Below the pieces are notes generated by a model, which made no database searches, was not told the DNA's origin, and saw only the letters and a list, made by a program, of their open reading frames with translations. From positions 1 to 45,569 of the IMG/VR virus record IMGVR_UViG_3300032314_000503: DNA of 45,569 nucleotides; one strand, given 5' to 3'. The translations under genes were made by a program, and so were the position numbers. The stretch comes from a virus. Taxonomy: Duplodnaviria > Caudoviricetes. Shown here in pieces: positions 20,176 through 29,881 of this stretch (position 1 is its first letter; the number at the start of each line of letters is the position of its first letter).

Positions 20176-20879
20176 ATAACTCTAAACTCTGAGTTTTCCT
20201 TTACTCCATACCAGGGAGAACTATTAATACCATATAACATATCTCTCACAAAATCGTGAGATGATATTAAATTATTAATTTCAGATATATTCATTTCAAA
20301 ATTGTCCAAAATTATTGATTTTAATTTTGTAGAAGAATAGAAAGAATCAGTTAATATACTAATGATTTCTATGTTACCCAAAGAATCTTCCTCAACATCA
20401 AACTCGATGAAATTATACCCAAAGTAATCTTGTATATTATAAGATATGTGTTCTAAATAAAGATATAGATTTTTTAAGTAATTTTTTGAAAAACCATAAG
20501 GGAACTCAGAATTAACCACTGGTGTTATAACCTCGTTTACCGTATAATTTGGAAAGTGAACATATTTTTCAAATCTCCACTTCAATGATTTATTTTTAAA
20601 TTTTGTTTTTTCACCAAAGGATACCATATCAATGGTACTTACTTTCTCTAAATCAATAAATGTGAACTCTTGAGAATGTTCAGATATGAATTTATTTATA
20701 ATATCTTTTATGTTTTGTATTTTTTCATTCTCGGTATAACCTTTAATAAGAATTAAAGATTCACAATCGGTTACAGATATAACACTACTATATTTTCCAT
20801 TCTCGCTAAGTTCAGTTGAGATATATTCGGCAAAGAAATTACAAAGTCCGTTTCTTGAGTTAAGTTCGTATTTTTTCAT
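20172..20879 (-). CDS. Hypothetical protein, possibly a degenerate shortened S-adenosylmethionine synthetase-fold protein
   Basis: By-eye resemblance to MetK N- and C-terminal domains; catalytic motifs absent. Confidence 0.45.
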   Translation of the reverse strand: MKKYELNSRNGLCNFFAEYISTELSENGKYSSVISVTDCESLILIKGYTENEKIQNIKDIINKFISEHSQEFTFIDLEKVSTIDMVSFGEKTKFKNKSLKWRFEKYVHFPNYTVNEVITPVVNSEFPYGFSKNYLKNLYLYLEHISYNIQDYFGYNFIEFDVEEDSLGNIEIISILTDSFYSSTKLKSIILDNFEMNISEINNLISSHDFVRDMLYGINSSPWYGVKENSEFRVI

Positions 20880-20920
20880 AAATAAAATTTAAACTAAAAA
20901 AAACAAACTATAAATAAAAA

Positions 20921-22072
20921 TTAAAAATAATCTTCAACACTTCTATTAAGACAATAATTTAATTCTTTATAATCTGGATAATCATTTAATCCTGGAACTC
21001 TAATCCAATCCATTGGACCGTATTCCATAGAGTCTTTAATCAAATTAGTGTAACCTCCAAAATATCCTATTGTATTACTGTTCCAACCATCTTTATTTTT
21101 ATTAGTATCTAACCAACTAGTTATGATTTCTTTTAAACATTTGGTTACTTTATATCTTCTACCATATGCAGTTTTGGTTCCCCTTGTCCCGTCCTTTAAC
21201 CAAACAGACTTCTGATAAGAGTAATCATCACCCTCTTTATTATCGACAATTTCACCTTCTAATTCATTCCATAATTGTTTATACCAACTCATTAACAAAG
21301 TATCCCCATAACAACTTGAATATATTGAACTTAAATTACTTCTTACCTCATCCAATTCTTTATTAATCAAATATTCGAGACAATCTTTGTCTTTCATTAT
21401 TGTTACAATAACCTCGTCGGTTAATTTAATTTCTTCTTCAGTTCCTTGTTCTGCGGCAATCTCCCCAAAAAATTCAGGTATTCTTTTATGGGTAGAAAAT
21501 TTTAAAGTACCCATAGCTTTTAGTTCATTGACAATAAATTCATCAACAACACTTTTAGTATAATGGTCTAAATTATCATAGACATCTCGATATTCATCAT
21601 CAGTATCATATCCACCATATTCATAAGGGTCATATTCACCACTTAATATTTTTTCAATAAATTCTTCTCGTAAATCTCTACTCTGAAATAAACTAGAAAG
21701 CTCTGAATAGTCGGCATCATAATAATAATCATCACCAATTTGACTAATATCTGACATTAAAGTTGTTGCAATTGTATAAACAAAATCAGGGTCGTTCTGA
21801 ACGAAGGAATACAATAATGAATTTTGAAAATCTTGAAATACATCATTAAAAGGGTCAATGTCGTGTAATAATCCTCTTTTAGAAATTATAGAAATAAATC
21901 TATCTAATGAACCAAATAATTTTTCAATTGTTTCCAATTCCATCTCACCACGATTAATTTTATCTATGAGATTTAGAATCCTATCATTTGGCGAAAGTTT
22001 TTTTTCCTGTTCCTCTTCTTCACGTAAAACTCTAATAATTGTTTTTTTAAGATTACTCTTTTTCAAATCCAT
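20921..22072 (-). CDS. Acidic Tyr/Asp-rich hypothetical protein
   Basis: 383-aa ORF; TATTTAT just upstream; leader IIRVLREE. Confidence 0.75.
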   Translation of the reverse strand: MDLKKSNLKKTIIRVLREEEEQEKKLSPNDRILNLIDKINRGEMELETIEKLFGSLDRFISIISKRGLLHDIDPFNDVFQDFQNSLLYSFVQNDPDFVYTIATTLMSDISQIGDDYYYDADYSELSSLFQSRDLREEFIEKILSGEYDPYEYGGYDTDDEYRDVYDNLDHYTKSVVDEFIVNELKAMGTLKFSTHKRIPEFFGEIAAEQGTEEEIKLTDEVIVTIMKDKDCLEYLINKELDEVRSNLSSIYSSCYGDTLLMSWYKQLWNELEGEIVDNKEGDDYSYQKSVWLKDGTRGTKTAYGRRYKVTKCLKEIITSWLDTNKNKDGWNSNTIGYFGGYTNLIKDSMEYGPMDWIRVPGLNDYPDYKELNYCLNRSVEDYF

Positions 22073-22085
22073 ATCAATAAATATT

Positions 22086-22112
22086 AAAAAAGGGGGAAAT
22101 AATTCCCCCTTT
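22086..22112 (-). terminator. Intrinsic terminator
   Basis: aaaggggga/tcccccttt hairpin with T run on minus strand. Confidence 0.75.
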
Positions 22113-22141
22113 ATTTTCAGTTTAATTTTTACGGGGCGAAA

Positions 22142-22177
22142 TTACTTTCCGCAACCGCAACCACCACCTTTTTTCAT
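22142..22177 (-). CDS. 11-aa micropeptide MKKGGGCGCGK (not in ORF track)
   Basis: ATG..TAA frame with own TATTTATA (22208-22215) and own terminator. Confidence 0.55.
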   Translation of the reverse strand: MKKGGGCGCGK

Positions 22178-22216
22178 AGTACTATTTTTTGTTAATGGTT
22201 TATTACCTATAAATAT

Positions 22217-22246
22217 AAAAAAAAGGGGAAAATAATTTCCCCTTTA
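22217..22246 (-). terminator. Intrinsic terminator
   Basis: aaaggggaaa/tttccccttt hairpin with T run on minus strand. Confidence 0.75.
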
Positions 22247-22275
22247 ATTGATGACTAGTCGAAATATACAAAAGG

Positions 22276-22422
22276 TTATTCGCCTTTTGGTTTTTGGTAA
22301 TACTTTTCGATAGTCTGTTTAACAGCATTAGTAACTGCTTCAGTTTGCTGTTGTTTTGCGGCATCTAACTGCTGCTGCTGTTGTTGAGCAGCCTGTTGAT
22401 TATTTTTACATCCACATCCCAT
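22276..22422 (-). CDS. 48-aa MGCGCK Gln-rich peptide (not in ORF track)
   Basis: MGCGCKNNQQAAQQQQQQLDAAK...KPKGE; TATTTATA at 22451-22458. Confidence 0.75.
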   Translation of the reverse strand: MGCGCKNNQQAAQQQQQQLDAAKQQQTEAVTNAVKQTIEKYYQKPKGE

Positions 22423-22526
22423 ATTGCAAAAAATTAAATGGTTTATTAATTATAAATATTCTATAATTGATTACAAAAGGAAATAGTAATGGTTTCTTAT
22501 TATATTTATAGATAAAATATGTGGTA

Positions 22527-23921
22527 ATGAGGCACACTTTTAAATCATTAATTAAAAAAATCATAATTGAACAATCTGAATCTGAAGATTATGCTGAAAT
22601 AAGTGCTCAAGAATTTAAGGACCTTGCTAAACTTGCATCTTATAATTTGAATGTTGTTTCTAAGATGAAAAGATTTGGTGGTAAAAAGATTAAAGTAATA
22701 GGTGATTTGGATTTAAGTGATGTCGAAAACCTTAATTCTTTAGGTAATTTAGCTATAGTGGTAGGTAGATTTGATATTTCAGGAACTAAGGTATCTGACC
22801 TCAGTAAACTTGAAGAGGTTACAAATACTTTGGTTATTTCCAATACACCAATAAAAAAATATGATAATGTAAAGTCAAGATATGTTAATGATTATAATTC
22901 CCTTGCTTACAGAATAAGATTGAGAATGGAGAGGCAGAGAAAGCTGGGCGACGCTGATAGTAGAAGACAAGATGGTGAATGGGATTTAGAGGTAAATCCT
23001 GATAGTAGAATGGCGAAATTAACAAATGCTTTATTTAATCATTTAGTTAAAAGTGACGAAATTCAAGTTTTAAATGATGAGGAAGAAGAAGAATTAAAAA
23101 ATTTAGAAGCCAGACAATCACAACTCGAAGCTCAATATGAGGAAAATGAAACTCAAGAAATTGCCAATGAGATTGAAGAAATAGAAAGTAGAGTTTTTGA
23201 TTTAAAAAGTAAAAAAATTGATGTTTATAATTTAATTCCATCTAGATACACTCTCTACGGAATTCAACAATTTGAAGTTGTAACTGAAGATTCTGATGTC
23301 GGTACATTTGCGGTTGGTACGGAAATAGAATTTGATAACGCAATTAGAGAATACTGGGAAAATTTTATAAATGAAAATCAATATGAAGGATTCAGAAGAG
23401 GAACACTTGAAGATTTTCTTGATACAGATAGAATATATGATGATGCTTATAGTGAATATGATACTGATATAAGAGATAATCTTGATTCATATTTTGATGA
23501 ATCTAACAGGGAGTTAAGTCGAAGTCAGGTTGAAGAAATTACAAAATTAAAAAAAGAAAAAGATGAACTTGAAGTTAGATTAGATGATTTAGAACCTGAA
23601 GATGAAGGACATGAAGAAATCACAAATAGAATTCAAGAAATAGATGATGAAATAGATGAGATAGAAGATTCTCCTGATGGAGAAGTTAAGGAAGAAGATA
23701 TTGAGGAAAAGATTGAGCAATATGCTAATGATGCTAAAGAAGACCCATTACAATATATTAATGATAGAGGATATGATGTTACCGATTATGTTGACAAAGA
23801 TGAGTTTATAGACTATCTTGCTAATAGTGACGGATATGGTCCGATGAATGGGTATGATGGAGAATATGATGTTGAATATTTGGATAATCAAGATTATTAC
23901 ATCATGAAATTAGATGGGTAA
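22527..23921 (+). CDS. Large acidic coiled-coil hypothetical protein with N-terminal LRR-like repeats
   Basis: VIGDLDLS..LNSLGNL..VVGRFDIS repeats; TATTTATA at 22503. Confidence 0.75.
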   Translation: MRHTFKSLIKKIIIEQSESEDYAEISAQEFKDLAKLASYNLNVVSKMKRFGGKKIKVIGDLDLSDVENLNSLGNLAIVVGRFDISGTKVSDLSKLEEVTNTLVISNTPIKKYDNVKSRYVNDYNSLAYRIRLRMERQRKLGDADSRRQDGEWDLEVNPDSRMAKLTNALFNHLVKSDEIQVLNDEEEEELKNLEARQSQLEAQYEENETQEIANEIEEIESRVFDLKSKKIDVYNLIPSRYTLYGIQQFEVVTEDSDVGTFAVGTEIEFDNAIREYWENFINENQYEGFRRGTLEDFLDTDRIYDDAYSEYDTDIRDNLDSYFDESNRELSRSQVEEITKLKKEKDELEVRLDDLEPEDEGHEEITNRIQEIDDEIDEIEDSPDGEVKEEDIEEKIEQYANDAKEDPLQYINDRGYDVTDYVDKDEFIDYLANSDGYGPMNGYDGEYDVEYLDNQDYYIMKLDG

Positions 23922-24699
23922 AATGGATGAAATTGCGACAAATAAATCAAAAAAAGAAAAATCTTTATTTAAATTAAATTTAGATTGGTCATATTCTGAA
24001 CCGATTGATTTGGAGCATAAACAATATGTTCTTTTAGATTTTTTAAAGTATTGCGATAGGAAAATAGATAAATTTGAAATTTATCCAGTTTATACAGAAC
24101 TTTCCGTACATTTAGCCAACCTACAATCGATATCTAGTGATTTTAAAACAATCCAAATTGAAAAAAAAATAAAAAATTTGGATGATGAGATTCTTCTTTC
24201 AGATTTAAAATTTGTTCCAGTACCAATAACTGACGAAAACGACTTTAACGAGTTTAATGAAATCATAAAATATGCCGGTCAAAAAGTGTTAGATTATTTT
24301 AACATTGTAAAAGCCGTATGGACAATAGTTTATGATTCAATTTCAATTAATCCAATAAAAAATGCGGACAATCTGAATGAAATGATTGGGTATTTTTATT
24401 ATGTGAAAGATAATGAAAGGCATCTTTGGAAGTATCAAATTGAAAAAAGAGATAGACTCACCATTGATACGAAGATGAATATCATCAAAATGAAACCACA
24501 AAGAATTGAATTAAATTTAGAAGATATCATCTATGAGTTGGACAAATCAAAAAAATTACCTATATTTGAACTACAAACAACAATGGACTTTCCAATGGAG
24601 ACATCTTTGATACCGGCTTTTAAAAGAAAAGTGTTGAATCATATTATCCAAAAGAATGTAATTAAAAATTTAAAAAAAAATAAAAAAAATGGGTTTTAA
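23914..24699 (+). CDS. Hypothetical protein
   Basis: 261-aa ORF with PIDLEHKQYVLL segment. Confidence 0.7.
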   Translation: MGKMDEIATNKSKKEKSLFKLNLDWSYSEPIDLEHKQYVLLDFLKYCDRKIDKFEIYPVYTELSVHLANLQSISSDFKTIQIEKKIKNLDDEILLSDLKFVPVPITDENDFNEFNEIIKYAGQKVLDYFNIVKAVWTIVYDSISINPIKNADNLNEMIGYFYYVKDNERHLWKYQIEKRDRLTIDTKMNIIKMKPQRIELNLEDIIYELDKSKKLPIFELQTTMDFPMETSLIPAFKRKVLNHIIQKNVIKNLKKNKKNGF

Positions 24700-24862
24700 C
24701 AAAAGAATAGTAGGAAAATCAGTGATTGAGGAGGTAACATCACATCCGGCAATAATTGAACTTTATCTTAGAGCTGACTCTTTGATTTTTGAAGACGATG
24801 AAATTAAATTAGAATTTGAAAAACTTAAAGATGAATTCCTTAAAACAAACCCTATTAGCTAA
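24689..24862 (+). CDS. Small hypothetical protein, 57 aa (not in ORF track)
   Basis: MGFNKRIV...; fills the gap in the operon. Confidence 0.65.
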   Translation: MGFNKRIVGKSVIEEVTSHPAIIELYLRADSLIFEDDEIKLEFEKLKDEFLKTNPIS

Positions 24863-25016
24863 ACTCAGAAGGCCGGTTCATATTTCATACATCAGTAAAT
24901 ATTTATTAAAGTCATCAATGTTTGAGACTGAGAAAGTAATTAATGAAATGATTGATGAAAATTTACTTGAAGAAAGTAAATACGGAAAAGGATATTATGT
25001 TGTAAAATCTAAATAG
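24831..25016 (+). CDS. Small winged-helix-like hypothetical protein
   Basis: ORF; LRRPVHISYI..LLEES..GYYVV. Confidence 0.6.
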   Translation: MNSLKQTLLAKLRRPVHISYISKYLLKSSMFETEKVINEMIDENLLEESKYGKGYYVVKSK

Positions 25017-25093
25017 GTAATTTGGAGGCTAAAGCTACATATGGTGTAAATGAATCCAAGAGCACGCCAAGTTACCTTTTTAATCTGATAAGA

Positions 25094-25321
25094 ATGGAAA
25101 AAAAAGAAATGGTAAATCACCCTCAGCATTATGGTGGTGAAGAAAACACATATGAAGTTGTAAAAGTATGTGAGGCCTGGGGTCTTGATAAGGATGCATA
25201 CCTATTCAATGTAGTTAAATATGTTGCAAGAGCTGGTAAGAAAGACTCTGATAAAGAACTCCAAGACCTAAAGAAAGCTTTTTGGTATTTGGATAGAAAA
25301 ATTAAAAATTTAGAGAAATAA
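25094..25321 (+). CDS. DUF3310 family protein
   Basis: MVNHPQHY..NVVKYVARAGKK..DLKKAFWYL. Confidence 0.9.
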   Translation: MEKKEMVNHPQHYGGEENTYEVVKVCEAWGLDKDAYLFNVVKYVARAGKKDSDKELQDLKKAFWYLDRKIKNLEK

Positions 25322-25322
25322 A

Positions 25323-25460
25323 ATGTTTTGGAAAATTTACCTATTTTTTACTATACTTGTTTTAAGTATTTTTTGTTTTGACGGACTTATACCTGATAAA
25401 CCAAAAAATAGTTTTGGAAAATGGTGGAGAAAACATATTATTAATAGACAAGATGATTGA
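25323..25460 (+). CDS. Small membrane protein, 45 aa (not in ORF track)
   Basis: MFWKIYLFFTILVLSIF...FGKWWRKHII. Confidence 0.55.
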   Translation: MFWKIYLFFTILVLSIFCFDGLIPDKPKNSFGKWWRKHIINRQDD

Positions 25461-25533
25461 AAAATTAGAAAAGAATCAGTTATGATAATTGCGACAAATA
25501 TACACTTTATGATATTTATAAATAAAATATCAT

Positions 25534-26346
25534 ATGAAAAAAATAATTTTGGACACTGAGGTTATTGGTAATATTGTTTCTGATTACATTAAGGGAGACT
25601 CAATACCAAAATTATCTGTTAAATATGCGGTCAACACTAGGAAGATTTCTGATACGTTGAAAGATAATAAGATTGAAGTTAGGGGACGTAGAAAATTTTA
25701 TTATAATGAGAGTTTTTTTGAAAAAATTGACTCAAATTTGAAGGCGTACTGGTTGGGGTTTTTATTTGCTGATGGTTGTGTGAGAAATATTAAAAGCGGA
25801 TATGTTTTAAAAATAAAACTTTCTAATTTAGATGAAAATCATTTGTTTGCTTTTTTAAATCACATCGGAAGTAATCAGAAAGAATTAAGAACTGAAACAT
25901 CAAAATTTATAGGTAAAAATGGTAAAAATTACCAATCAACATGCAAAGTTTTATTAATAAATTCAAAAAAAATTGTTGAGGATTTAATTAAATTAGGATG
26001 TGGACAAAACAAAACAAATTCTATTATATTCCCTATAATTAATGATAATTTAATACCGTCTTTTATATTAGGTTATTTTGACGGTGATGGGTGTATTACA
26101 CAAAAAAAAGTTAAAGGACATACTTATTACTCTGTAACTTTTACATCAGGGTCCGAAAATTTTTTAGATAGAACAAAAAAAGAATTGTTAGATATCGGAT
26201 TGAATTCAATTAGTAAGTATAAGTATAATACTTTTTTCAGATTACAAATATGTAATAAAATTGATTTACTCAAAATTAAAGATTATTTTTACTCTACGAA
26301 TAATTTTTATTTAGAAAGAAAAAAAATAAAATTTGACAATTTATGA
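25534..26346 (+). CDS. Free-standing LAGLIDADG homing endonuclease with N-terminal HTH
   Basis: AYWLGFLFADG, FILGYFDGDG, LERK; TATTTATA at 25513. Confidence 0.9.
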   Translation: MKKIILDTEVIGNIVSDYIKGDSIPKLSVKYAVNTRKISDTLKDNKIEVRGRRKFYYNESFFEKIDSNLKAYWLGFLFADGCVRNIKSGYVLKIKLSNLDENHLFAFLNHIGSNQKELRTETSKFIGKNGKNYQSTCKVLLINSKKIVEDLIKLGCGQNKTNSIIFPIINDNLIPSFILGYFDGDGCITQKKVKGHTYYSVTFTSGSENFLDRTKKELLDIGLNSISKYKYNTFFRLQICNKIDLLKIKDYFYSTNNFYLERKKIKFDNL

Positions 26347-27206
26347 TAGAAACAGGAAAAATAATAAATGGAGATTGTGTAGAGGTTCTCAAAACATTTC
26401 CTGAAAACTCAATTGATTTAGTGGTGACTAGCCCACCCTACAATGTAGGAATAAGTTATGACACACATATTGACGATATTCAAATGAAAGAATATTGGAT
26501 TTGGACTGAAAAATGGTTAACAGGAGTTTATAGAGTTCTTAAAGATGACGGTAGGGTTGCAATAAATATACCATTGGAAGTGAATGTCCAAGATAGGGGA
26601 GGTAGAGTTTTTTTCGTTTCCGAATTTTATCAGGTAATGAAACAAATTGGTTTTAAATTCTTTGGTATTGTTGACCTTGAGGAAGATAGTCCACATCGCA
26701 GTAAGACAACCGCTTGGGGGAGTTGGATGAGTTGTAGCTCGCCATATATTTATAACCCGAAGGAATGTGTAATTCTTGCCTACAAGAAACACCACATCAA
26801 GAAAGTTAAAGGTCAACCACAATGGAAGGGAGTTCCAACTCAAATAGAACAGGAGGACGGAACTTTTAAAACCAAAGTAGTTTATCAAGAAGAAGACAAG
26901 AAAGAGTTTATGGAACTAGTTTTTGGTCAATGGAAATACTTGAATGACTCAAGACCAATGACCAAGGCAACTTTCTCAATGGACATTCCAACAAAGGCTA
27001 TTAAGATATTGTCATACAAGAATGATATTGTGTTAGACCCCTTCAATGGAAGTGGAACCAGTTGTGTGGCAGCTGAAACATTAGATAGAAGGTGGATTGG
27101 AATTGAACTATCTCCAAACTACACTGAAATTTCAAGACAAAGGATACAAGCTTTTGTTGACCAAAGAAATCAACAAGAAATTGAATTTGAAGATGGGGGT
27201 TTATAA
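26343..27206 (+). CDS. Site-specific DNA methyltransferase (N4-C/N6-A, beta class)
   Basis: TSPPY then DPFNGSGT motifs. Confidence 0.92.
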   Translation: MIETGKIINGDCVEVLKTFPENSIDLVVTSPPYNVGISYDTHIDDIQMKEYWIWTEKWLTGVYRVLKDDGRVAINIPLEVNVQDRGGRVFFVSEFYQVMKQIGFKFFGIVDLEEDSPHRSKTTAWGSWMSCSSPYIYNPKECVILAYKKHHIKKVKGQPQWKGVPTQIEQEDGTFKTKVVYQEEDKKEFMELVFGQWKYLNDSRPMTKATFSMDIPTKAIKILSYKNDIVLDPFNGSGTSCVAAETLDRRWIGIELSPNYTEISRQRIQAFVDQRNQQEIEFEDGGL

Positions 27207-27220
27207 CCTCCATTTTTTTT
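27193..27220 (+). terminator. Intrinsic terminator
   Basis: atgggggtt/aacctccat hairpin plus T run. Confidence 0.7.
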
Positions 27221-27252
27221 GTTTTTGATTGTATTTATAAAAAAAGTCTATA

Positions 27253-27624
27253 ATGGAAAATTCAGAGATAATTAAAAAATTAGTTGAAGCTCAAATACAG
27301 CTTAAATTTTTACACTGGCAAACAAAATCATATGCAAAACACCAAGCTTATGGAAATCTATATGAAGATTTAAATGAATTAATTGATGATTTTGTTGAAG
27401 CCTGTATGGGTAAACACGGAAGACCATCATATCAGGGTGGATACACAATACAAGGTCAGGACATTTCTGAAATATCAGTTCAGAATTTTGTAGACGGAGT
27501 ATGTATTTTTTTAATTGAACTTACTGATGTATTTGACCCACAACTAGATTCAGACCTTTTAAATTTAAGAGATGAAATGTTACATGGGTTCAATAAACTC
27601 AAGTATCTACTTACACTGAAATGA
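27253..27624 (+). CDS. Ferritin/Dps-like four-helix protein (DUF5856-like)
   Basis: LHWQTKSYAKHQA..DDFVEA..LLNLRDEM..LKYLLTL. Confidence 0.8.
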   Translation: MENSEIIKKLVEAQIQLKFLHWQTKSYAKHQAYGNLYEDLNELIDDFVEACMGKHGRPSYQGGYTIQGQDISEISVQNFVDGVCIFLIELTDVFDPQLDSDLLNLRDEMLHGFNKLKYLLTLK

Positions 27625-29027
27625 GAAAAATTATATCTGAATCCGGTATTAGAAATATTAAAGAACTTTCTGACAGATACCAAAAGGCTAAAATCTATTT
27701 TCATCAGGACTTAGATGGTGTAACAACTGCAATTGCGATGAGAGACTATCTCCAATCAAATGGTATTGAAGTTGTTGATTCTGAGGTAATTCAATATGGG
27801 GATAAAGAGTGGTCAGTAAAAAAAGCAGATGCAAGAGGTGATATTATGCCAGTTCTTGTGGATTTTGCTCATGGTAAACCGATGTTCGTTATTCATACTG
27901 ACCACCACGATAGACAAGCTGGTGCTGAAGAAACGGGTTCAAAGTCATTCAGACAATCAAGGTCAAATGTTGAAACTCTTTCTCAAATTATACCAAAATC
28001 AGATTTATTTCCACCACAAGATGTTGCGACAATATCTATGGTAGATTCAGCGGACTATGCTAAGAAGGACATAACTCCTGAAATAGTCATGAACTATGTT
28101 TATAAGTTCGATAAAGATAAATCTGCTGCCGACAATAGAATGCTTTTAGGGCTTGTTACAAATAAACTACTTTTGGCATTTAAAAACAAACCTGAATTTT
28201 TAGAGAGGTTAGTTATGGTTAGTAAACCTTCTTTAATTGACTTGTTTAGGAATATTAAAGAAATTATGAACCTTAAAGGTTATCCTGGTGAAGAAACTTT
28301 AGAGAAGAATAAAGCAGACTATATTGAAAAAATGAAATCTTATCCTGAAGTTAAGGGTAATATTATCGTTCAGTATGGTGGAGGTAGCATGATGAAACCT
28401 GGTTCATATGACAGGTATACACCATTTAAAAATAATCCTGAAGCCGACTTTTTGGTAATTGCTTGGCCTCTTGGACTTCTACAAGCATCCTGTAACCCTT
28501 TCAAGAAAGAGAGAGAATTGAAAGGTGTTAATCTTGGAGAAATCGCTCAAGAAGTTTTGGGTAAATGGGAGGATAGATTGAAAGATAAAACAGTAACACT
28601 CTCAACGATTAAATGGATTTCTGAAAGTGCTAAAGGATTTGGAGATGAGTCAGTTGGATTCACTTTTAAAGATTTTGCCGCAATTTATGGAGATAAGTTT
28701 TTAAATAAAGATGAAGGTGTAAAGGACCTAATGAGTATTAGAGAGTTAATGAGTAAACCATCGTCTGAATTAACTGAGGACGAATGGAAGATGCTTGATG
28801 GTATCGAGGTCAAAGCTTGGGATATTATACAGGCAAATAGTGGGGGACATAAATGTATTACAAATATATCTGGTTTAAACTTTCTTGGTAGAAGTAAAAG
28901 ACCTCCACAAGGGAAATATAAATACGACCCAGAGAAAGACGATTCTCCCTACATTAAGTTTCTAAAAATGTTACAGAACGAATTTGTTAGGGTGCTCCAA
29001 CAAAAAATTGAGGACGCAAAGAATTAG
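27621..29027 (+). CDS. DHH-family phosphoesterase-like protein
   Basis: YFHQDLDG, LVDF, TDHH motifs and late GGH motif. Confidence 0.75.
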   Translation: MRKIISESGIRNIKELSDRYQKAKIYFHQDLDGVTTAIAMRDYLQSNGIEVVDSEVIQYGDKEWSVKKADARGDIMPVLVDFAHGKPMFVIHTDHHDRQAGAEETGSKSFRQSRSNVETLSQIIPKSDLFPPQDVATISMVDSADYAKKDITPEIVMNYVYKFDKDKSAADNRMLLGLVTNKLLLAFKNKPEFLERLVMVSKPSLIDLFRNIKEIMNLKGYPGEETLEKNKADYIEKMKSYPEVKGNIIVQYGGGSMMKPGSYDRYTPFKNNPEADFLVIAWPLGLLQASCNPFKKERELKGVNLGEIAQEVLGKWEDRLKDKTVTLSTIKWISESAKGFGDESVGFTFKDFAAIYGDKFLNKDEGVKDLMSIRELMSKPSSELTEDEWKMLDGIEVKAWDIIQANSGGHKCITNISGLNFLGRSKRPPQGKYKYDPEKDDSPYIKFLKMLQNEFVRVLQQKIEDAKN

Positions 29028-29080
29028 TAGATATCCACTGTTTAGTAAAGTTTTTGTTTTTTTTTGGTTAAATTAAGAAA

Positions 29081-29443
29081 TTATTTTGAAATATCAAAAG
29101 TAAAAATACATCTATCACCGATTGAGATGTTCTTTTCTTTACAATATCCACCATCAATTTCTAAGACATATTTTCCAAATCCGCAATAATTTTCACAATC
29201 ATTTTCATTTCCACAAGGAAGACAGTTATGTGATATTGATGAAATTGTTAAATCTTCGTCAATAAAGATTATGTCCAAAGGTATTATACAATTTTTCATA
29301 TAGAAACAATGTATATCATGACCCATTAAAAATAACATTCCACTAAAGTCAGTAAATTTTTTTCTCATCATACCCTCAGATTTTTCTTTTTCTGAGTTGC
29401 ATACTTTGATTTTAAAAACGGAATCATTTATAGTTATAAACAT
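29081..29443 (-). CDS. DUF192 family protein
   Basis: GMM..GMLF..FYMKNCIIPLDIIFID..YVLEI. Confidence 0.9.
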   Translation of the reverse strand: MFITINDSVFKIKVCNSEKEKSEGMMRKKFTDFSGMLFLMGHDIHCFYMKNCIIPLDIIFIDEDLTISSISHNCLPCGNENDCENYCGFGKYVLEIDGGYCKEKNISIGDRCIFTFDISK

Positions 29444-29460
29444 ATTTATAAATACTTAAA

Positions 29461-29865
29461 ATGAAAGAAAGTTCAGGTATTATTGTCAAAGTTAAGGACA
29501 AATGTCTTCTATGTAAGAGAGCTAAGGAGAATGAAGAGCCAAATAAGTGGGCAATCCCGATGGGAGGAATTGAAGAAGGCGAAGACCCCAAAGAGGCGGC
29601 ATATAGAGAATTTATTGAAGAGATGGGGGTTGAAATTGATGGAGATATAAATTCTATTGGTAAAATTAACAGATACAATAAGACTGGAGGTATAAAAAGT
29701 ATTCTTCATTTATTTGTATATGAGACTAATAAAAAAATAATACCAGACCTTGAAAATGCTGTAGACGGTTTCGAACACTCTGAATGTGGGTATTTTAACA
29801 GAGAAGAAATGAAAGACCGGTATATGAGTGAAACTTTAAAAGATGTACTTTTAAAGTTTTTTTAA
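29461..29865 (+). CDS. NUDIX hydrolase
   Basis: Nudix box GGIEEGEDPKEAAYREFIEEMG. Confidence 0.92.
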   Translation: MKESSGIIVKVKDKCLLCKRAKENEEPNKWAIPMGGIEEGEDPKEAAYREFIEEMGVEIDGDINSIGKINRYNKTGGIKSILHLFVYETNKKIIPDLENAVDGFEHSECGYFNREEMKDRYMSETLKDVLLKFF

Positions 29866-29881
29866 AAAAAATCAGATTTCA

